From positions 44,465,317 to 44,529,316 of the forward strand of contig NC_068991.1 in the NCBI RefSeq assembly GCF_001194135.2: 64,000 bases of DNA. The letters are read 5' to 3'. Both the position numbers and the translations under genes were made by a program. Shown piece by piece: positions 56,650 to 64,000 of the stretch (position 1 is the first letter of the stretch; each line of letters opens with the position of its first letter). The notes under the pieces were generated by a model. That model ran no database searches. It saw only the letters and a program-made list of their open reading frames with translations, and had not been told where the DNA came from. Source of the DNA: Octopus bimaculoides (taxonomy: Eukaryota).

Positions 56650-59316
56650 CTGAATCCAGTATATAAAGAGAGAGACAGAGAAAGGTAAGGAGAGATAGAG
56701 TAGGTGAAGTAATAGAGAGGGAGAAATGGGATTTGTATAAAGGAAGGATTATGTGTATTTAAAGTAAGGGGCTATAAATAACCAAACACCTATTATATAT
56801 ATAGTCAAATATTTTGAATTTATACATAATAATCAAAATCTATAGGTCATATTAACTTCCCCCTGTGCAAAAGCACTTACTTCACTGAAAAACTTTTATT
56901 TAACTTAAGGACTTGATTGGATGTTTAAGCCAAAAATCTTGTTCATCAAAATACAGTTTAGGGAAAATTTTATTCATGATAATTGAAACAATTCAATAAG
57001 TTCATACTGATACCAAAAATAATTTTGATAACTAAACACAAACATTGGCAACAATGAAAATCATTGATTGATGCTTTAATGTAGCACCCCGGTGTTATTG
57101 GATATATTACTACAATTAGTGATTATATTATGATTGATTAACAAGTTGCTTTGATAGTTAATGTTTTGTTAGTTAATCTGTGAAAGTGTTACAGATTAGT
57201 TGCCATATTTTTGTTATCTGCTATATTACTGCAATTAGTTATTGAATTACCATACTTGTGTTTTCTCAGTAATATATAGGATGTATTACCTGGATATATT
57301 ATTGTGATTTAGTATGTGCGTTGATCTAGTTCACTGATGTAATATTCTGTAGTATTAGTATGGCTACAGAAAATATAAATTTCTTTATTCACTGTATCAA
57401 TATAGTTAGCTGGTGTGTTATGCTAAGTGTTTGAAATCAGTGCATTATGTTATCCAAGCTTAAAACATGGAGTTTTGAATTGACATCCTCTGTAGGAAGT
57501 TAGTGACCATTTGCTTGATATACAGGTTTGTAAGTTAGCATTTTTCTATACACATCTTATTCACTATTTAGAATTAGTATAAGCCATTGCCTGTAGTGAA
57601 CATAACTGTTGCTATTAGAAGTGAGTATGGTTGCTGCTAACAATTGTTTTACTTGAGTTAACTGATGGGTAAGCAAAATTGTTGTTTATTATATTATTGA
57701 TGTTAGCCAACATAACAGTTAAGTAAACGTTAACATAAATCATCAATTTCATATATTACTGTTGCTGTATGCCTGCAAACGCCACAACAGCTTGGAATGT
57801 TGTTGATCTTTTTAATTTGAAGTACTTTTTCCTGTACACAACACCATCATTGGGGGAGGGGGAACTGTCATGTTACTGTGATACCTAGAAAAAGAAGGAA
57901 TGCTGCACATCCTGTAAATACAACACTTTTAATATCATTCTGAATTGCAAACTGTACACAACTTGTTCATTAAGATATAACTCATTACAAAGAAAAAATG
58001 CTTTTGATCTAGCAGATTCAGTTCTTATTGATGAAAAATCCTAGTGAACTTTACTCAAATAAGCTTGTTAGTAATTAATCAAACAGTGAACTGAATATTT
58101 AATCCACCACAATTTATATGTCATTTTTCATTTGATTGCAGTAGTAAGAGTGTCTTGCATCTGTCAATGGTTAGGATTCTTAAGATGTAGATTATTATGG
58201 CTATTTCATGTCTAAATGAAGTCTTCCCAATTTTTTTAATGCAATCTTGTACACTTTTTGTGTTATTTCTTAATTCATCTGAGCAAGAAGAATCTAGTAA
58301 TAAACAAACCAACATTTGATACATATGGAATACCATGAGGCAGAAATCAGTTTGCTTATTTCTTATAGCAATATTTGCTAATATGTAGCATGGGAAACCT
58401 TTCATTAATACTTTTGTTTGTAGAGTGCAATCATTATAAACCATTTCAAAAGTATACTTTAGATGACATATTTGAGAAGTTCGTCAAAATGTACATCAAA
58501 TAGGTGATTTTTAGATATACTCAAAAGTTTTTTAAAGGTACAATTTCACCATTGCCTCCAAATAGGTAAATGCAAAGTTGCCTCATGAATAATACATTTT
58601 CTTTTTCAAATCTCCAATTTGAATTAAGAGATGCTATATCTGTGAGCTTCCTCCCCACACTCTCCCAATTATATACACACAAATGAAATACAATAATTAC
58701 TTCTATTGGTAAAGATAATTAAGGATACATCACTTTATCATGTGAATTTTGTGAAAACAAATATTTTTATCAGCAAATAGGAATCCTTCTTTTTTATAAG
58801 GTTCCTCTTTCATTAGATTATAAACTCTGTTATATTGCAACATCATGAAGAACAGTGTTTTATGACAAGGCATCTACTTCATCTACCAAGTTAGATACCA
58901 AAAACCCTGATTGTATTTCAGAGTCTAACTTCAAAGTATTTAATACAGCTAACATTTTTTAAAACTTACCATCCTAATTATTCAATCTTGTGTTTTGCAC
59001 TACAATCTTTTTTTTAAGATTTTAGTTATATAGCTATGCCAGCTTGATGCCCTTCCTAGTATGAAATTGGAGTAGCAAATATTTTCATTGAGGTAGTAAA
59101 GACAAATAGAAATATTTCTTGACAAGGCGTAAAATATATGAATTTGCAGTCTTGTTTTCTATAGCTCAATATCTACATATAATAGCCAGTATGATTGCTA
59201 TTCTGTCGAATAATATGAAATAAGTTTCAAAATAGTAATTAAACAACAGTGAAAGAATGGACACCCAGCCATAAAAAAATAAATAAAAACAATAATGGCA
59301 ATAAAACCCAACTTAC

Positions 59317-59587
59317 CCAAAATAGAAAGGACTACAACTACAAAATCAAATATATTCCAAGGTTCTTTGAAGTAATAAAAACGAAGACCCATAAGCTTCA
59401 TAACACATTCGCCTGTAAAAATTCCAATAAAAACTATATTTATGTATTTCAGGAAGTCCTGAAATGTTTGGCTCATATCATAATGTTCCATGGCCATGGT
59501 AATCATATTGAGCAGAATGATCATCATAATGGCAATATCAAATTTTTGACTTGTTGTCAAATGGAACATCCATTCAGCAACTTTGAA
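59317..59587 (-). CDS. Nav1: Nav alpha subunit exon, DIV S1-S3 (271 bp)
   Basis: Bounded by ttttgcag and G|gtaagt. Encodes FKVAEWMFHLTTSQKFDIAIMMIILLNMITMAMEHY...FKEPWNIFDFVVVVLSIL(G). Confidence 0.97.
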
Positions 59588-60052
59588 CTGCAAAAGAAGA
59601 AAAGAAAAGTTTTATAATAAATGAATATATATATTTATATATATATATATATATATNNNNNNNNNNNNNNNNNATATAAGCAAGTAAAATAATATGTCAC
59701 AGATTTAGAAATTACCTTTTGAGCTGCAAATTAACAATATGGAGATTTTACAGTAAAGAAGTTGAAGGATGATAAGTAAAATCCTAGCTGCTTTTATATT
59801 TTTCACAAGTAAACTAAATAAATAATATGGATTTCATTAACTTGGACAGTAAAACAGAAGCTGAAAATAGAAAAGGAGGTTGATCTGGATTAGTCATGGG
59901 TAACCTGCAGCCCATGAGATTTTCTGCATGACACACCTAACAAAAGATTCCCTTGAATTTTTTAGTAGTGCAGCCTGCCCAATGATGAGTCATGTCTCAT
60001 GTATCCCACTTCTTGATAAAGATGACTTATGTCTGATCTAGATCCTTTAGAG

Positions 60053-60366
60053 CAGTGGTTCCCAAACATTTTTAGGTTACCACTGCCTTGACCCCTAGGC
60101 CACATTCCTAGTGCCCCCACCCCAACTAACCATCACAAACAAAGACCTCTTTCTGAAGCAAATTCAAAGCAACTGTATTTCACAAATAAAACTTAACCTA
60201 ATGAACCTATTATTTTGTTGTTTTTACATGAATTTCCACCCCATTATTGCCCCAATTTTTACATGAATCACTACCCCATTATCGCCTCACTTTTCTTCAA
60301 TGCCCCCTTGGAAATTTCCACCGCCCCCCCCCCAGGGGTCAATACTGCCCACTTTGGGAACGACTG
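60053..60366. mobile_element. hAT MITE, same family as 26943, opposite orientation, intronic
   Basis: TIR CAGTGGTTCCCAAA / TTTGGGAACGACTG; perfect 8-bp TSD CTTTAGAG; internal ~35-bp duplication. Confidence 0.93.
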
Positions 60367-61257
60367 CTTTAGAGTATCCTTATTATCATTAACTGCTGGG
60401 GTTAGCAGCAACTACTTGGTTCTTTTGACTCAATTCTCAAAGTGTATGTAAATCAAGTTTGCAAACCAATACTGATTCTAACCTGGAAACACTTATGTTC
60501 CTATTTTATTTTGCAAAGCAATGAATATTCAAATTTTCCATATTACTTCTTCTGTAACAGTGAGGCTTCATATCTATATATTTTAGCATTTTATGTTTAT
60601 TATTTGTGGTTGAAAATGCAAGCAAGTATGGATATATCAAAATGAAACTCATTTCTAACCCTGAAAAAAGAAAATTTAGATTTAGTTTTAGAAATTTATG
60701 CTTGCAAGGTCAATATGTCCAACATACTTCACATCATAGATGGGTAAATATTACATTAATTTGGTTAAGGGACATTTAATCTATGAAAAGTTAATTCTCT
60801 CTTTCTGTTTCATGATAAATCTGTGATATTTGTCAATGAAATGCTAAATCCATTTTATTTGACAGACTACTTTGTAAGTAGCTTATCTAATTTAACTCCC
60901 ATAGCTATTGTTGCTGATAAATAGTTCTTGTTAGATTAATCAAGTATAAGTAAAGATAATCAGATACTTAATAGTAACTGATCATTTAAATCATATAAGA
61001 TAAAGTACTTTATTCGTAAAAGGATGGAGCATATACAGAGTTACAGTTCCTCATTAATTATCAAAATCAACCAAAAAACACTGATTACTAGTTCATAATA
61101 CCACATAATACCAATGGAGGAAGACATGTTGAAGACTGACATATATATCAGGTGACTGATTCTAGAATCTTATTTCAAACATAATGACGATCAATACAAG
61201 AACATGGAAGTTGTAGAAGATATAAAGGTAGCCTCAAGTGAATTTCTTGTGAAGTAA

Positions 61258-61292
<35 letters not shown>

Positions 61293-61429
61293 TGTGGACA
61301 TGTGCTGTAACAGTGTGTCACATCCACAAATGACACCTTTGCACCACTCAGGCAACAACCCTCCAAGCCATGTATTTGTTTGGGTAATCATTGGTGAAGG
61401 TTTTACAAGGTTGAAGTGCAAGTACTACC

Positions 61430-61620
61430 TTAACCCCTTATAGTCACCTTTTACACAGGGGAAATGTTGGGTCTATTCTTTGATATGCTGATCCTCACAC
61501 AGCACTGAAGCAGCATGAAATGAAGTGTTTTGCTCAAGAACACAACATGCCACCCAGTCCAAGAATTGAACCCATGATCTGGCAATCATGTGTGCAACAC
61601 CCTAACCACTAGGCCAACAT
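61430..61620 (-). mobile_element. tRNA-headed SINE fragment in a Nav intron
   Basis: gaagtgttttgctcaagaacacaac...gaattgaacccatgatc...ccctaaccactaggcc is the reverse complement of the 6936/11349 head. Confidence 0.75.
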
Positions 61621-61783
61621 AAACTTAAGGTGATATCTAATTTCTGTCATATGAACTAGAAAGTACAAAGAGCTGCAGTAAAGTGGGAATAAATAGCCAT
61701 CCTTGGCAAGCTATGTGCTTAGAACTTTAAGGTGCTGAACAGATTGGTAACTTTTTTGAAAATGTACAATTTTGATTCATTAC

Positions 61784-61891
61784 CTTAGGAAGTGGTATAC
61801 CCTTCGTGGGTTTTTTAGATTGGAGGTTCTTCATGGCTTTGTAATATTTTTTCTGGTCGTCTGTCATAAACATTTCCAAAGATCCACCGGC
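61784..61891 (-). CDS. Nav1: Nav alpha subunit exon, DIII-DIV inactivation linker (108 bp)
   Basis: Bounded by tactcag and AAG|gtaatg. Encodes [36 protein letters not shown]; MFM is the equivalent of the vertebrate IFM motif. Not in the ORF track because it is short. Confidence 0.96.
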
Positions 61892-61996
61892 CTGAGTACA
61901 AAAAAAAAGGAAAAGTTAATATGTTCAGATATGCTTTGGTAGCTTTCAAAATTTACTTGAACAAACAAATGACTTTCATTACAGTTTGAATATTAC

Positions 61997-62134
61997 CTTC
62001 TTTTTTTGTTGATTAAAGTTATCAATGATGACACCAATGAAAAGGTTCAACGTGAAGAATGATCCAAAAATGATAAATAACACGAAGTATAGGTACATGT
62101 AAATACTGTATTCTTTAATCGGCTGCTCTTCTAT
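61997..62134 (-). CDS. Nav1: Nav alpha subunit exon, DIII extracellular loop and S6 (138 bp)
   Basis: Bounded by ttttgtag and AAG|gtaata. Encodes [46 protein letters not shown]. Upstream exons appear to lie beyond base 64000. Confidence 0.96.
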
Positions 62135-62232
62135 CTACAAAAGAAAAAAAAGTAAATCTTTCTTAAGGGTATAATTTAGTTTGATTAATCATAAGATCAG
62201 GTTAAATGCTATAGGGGTGATATGGATATATA

Positions 62233-62284
<52 letters not shown>

Positions 62285-63335
62285 GTATGTATTATATATA
62301 TCAAGTGTATCATCATGTCGTATTTTCAAGCAAATGGTCTGACATCACACCATGAATAGTTATGAGCCAAAAATAGATATCCTTGCAATCAACCAATCAA
62401 CATAGAGTTAATGAGAAAATGTTAATGTGGACTTGTGCTGTGTATGTATATGTTTTATAGCCTATGGAAGACAAGGAGTTTAGTGAACTGCTTATTTAGG
62501 ATTGCTTACTTTATGAATTTCATAAGAGCAGCAATGCAACACATGCAAAGGAAAACATATGTATTATATATCCTGATGGTGTGAGTGTTTGAAAATGCTA
62601 AAAGTGGCTTAACAAATTCAAGAACAATGATTTTGATCATTTGGATGGGTATTGATGAGGAAGACCAACTTTTCTCAGTAATGACACAATAAAAACAGTA
62701 ACTGAAGAGGATCTGTGTCAAAGTAGTAGGGGATTATCCCAGAGTCTTAATAAACTATAGTCCACTGTGCAAGGTTATCTCAAGCAAAACGGAAAAGTGT
62801 TTACAGAAGGGTAAGGGTTTACCTCTTCTTGCAACATGATAATGCAAAGCCACATTCAATAAGGGTAATCTAAGAAAAGATAGTCTGGGAAACTTTACCT
62901 CACTCCACCTACTCACCAAACTTAGCACTATCAGATTTTCACCTATTCAAGCCACTTGAACATTTACCAGTGGAAAAACATATAGAAGCAGGGATGTTGT
63001 TGAAATGACACTCCAAACATTTTTCACTTCTAAAGAACCTGATTTATTTTGGTTTTGAGGTGGGAAAATGTTATTGTTAATGAAAGCAATTATGTTTTCA
63101 ATGAGTAAATATTTTGATTATATGATTTATGCTAATTTGAACTCATTATTTGAAATGTGATATTACTTTTTGGTACCTCTAATACATATATATAGTTTGT
63201 TGAATTAGATATTTTTCCAGTTAAGTACAGCTTTCTAAATTAACTTTTCAACTAAAATATTTGATTACAATGCTATGCAACTAGGATAGTTGAAATAGTA
63301 TTCTAAATATATGTATTATGCATGTGCTTGTATAT

Positions 63336-63450
<115 letters not shown>

Positions 63451-64000
63451 TGTCTATGTGTGAATGTCATACCATTATTTTTTATTTTGGGATTTCTTTT
63501 CCTAATATTTAACATACTACTATTAAGTGACATTGATACTTACTACTTACTTTAAAAAATAAATAGGAAATACAAGTGGAAAAGCAACTTTAATAATTCA
63601 TTGACATCGGTAGGCATTGCCCACCTAACACAATAACCAAAACTTACCAGATCTATTGAGGTAAAAGATAGGTTTATAAGATATCAAGGAATAGAATATA
63701 TGCAGAAAGGTTGAACAGCCCAGTTATAAAAGTTTCTTTATGATGGACTTAGTACTCTGTATGAGATCTAGTGATGAAGTAGAAAGTGGCACAGAAACAA
63801 TATAGTTTATGTGTGAAAGAATGCTGAGTCCAATGGTGTATTTAATTTATATTTCAAAAAGGATTACTTAGAATATCTGAGTGCTAATTATCTTGATCCA
63901 ATAACATTAGTTCTACAAACATTGTTAAGGACTAATCTGTCAAAATGACATGAATTTGGCATAAGCCTCATTCCTTATTCAATCTATGCTTTCACCTCTA

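Noticed and set aside
62506-62721. Minus-strand ORF ending at a gtaagc donor in the Nav intron
   Set aside because: No channel similarity and no clear acceptor.
63640-63720. Good minus-strand donor (CTG|gtaagt) as a possible next Nav exon
   Set aside because: No KGW pore-loop sequence in any frame; the expected DIII pore exon is not in the window.

Overview
AT-rich eukaryotic genomic window with many assembly gaps and microsatellites. It is probably from an octopod cephalopod, inferred from the channel sequence and the repeat landscape. The only protein-coding gene I can support is the 3' end of a voltage-gated sodium channel (Nav1/para/SCN type) on the minus strand. Four coding exons are visible (61997-62134, 61784-61891, 59317-59587, 54366-55459), covering DIII-S6, the MFM inactivation linker, all of DIV and the C-tail. 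Bases 1-27 kb are densely packed with transposons: a Helitron helicase interrupted by a SINE, a Gypsy gag relic, RTE LINEs, a co-oriented stack of R4/Dong-type LINE fragments separated by (TAA)n tracts, tRNA-related SINEs and hAT MITEs. Bases ~27.6-54 kb are transposon-poor and may include a long Nav 3' UTR. The top finding is a ~650-bp foldback at 24936-25586 whose two arms each carry a type I hammerhead ribozyme motif with a palindromic stem III (Penelope-like element type). Beside it lies a candidate four-exon non-coding transcript (23222-24218). Neither has experimental support here.
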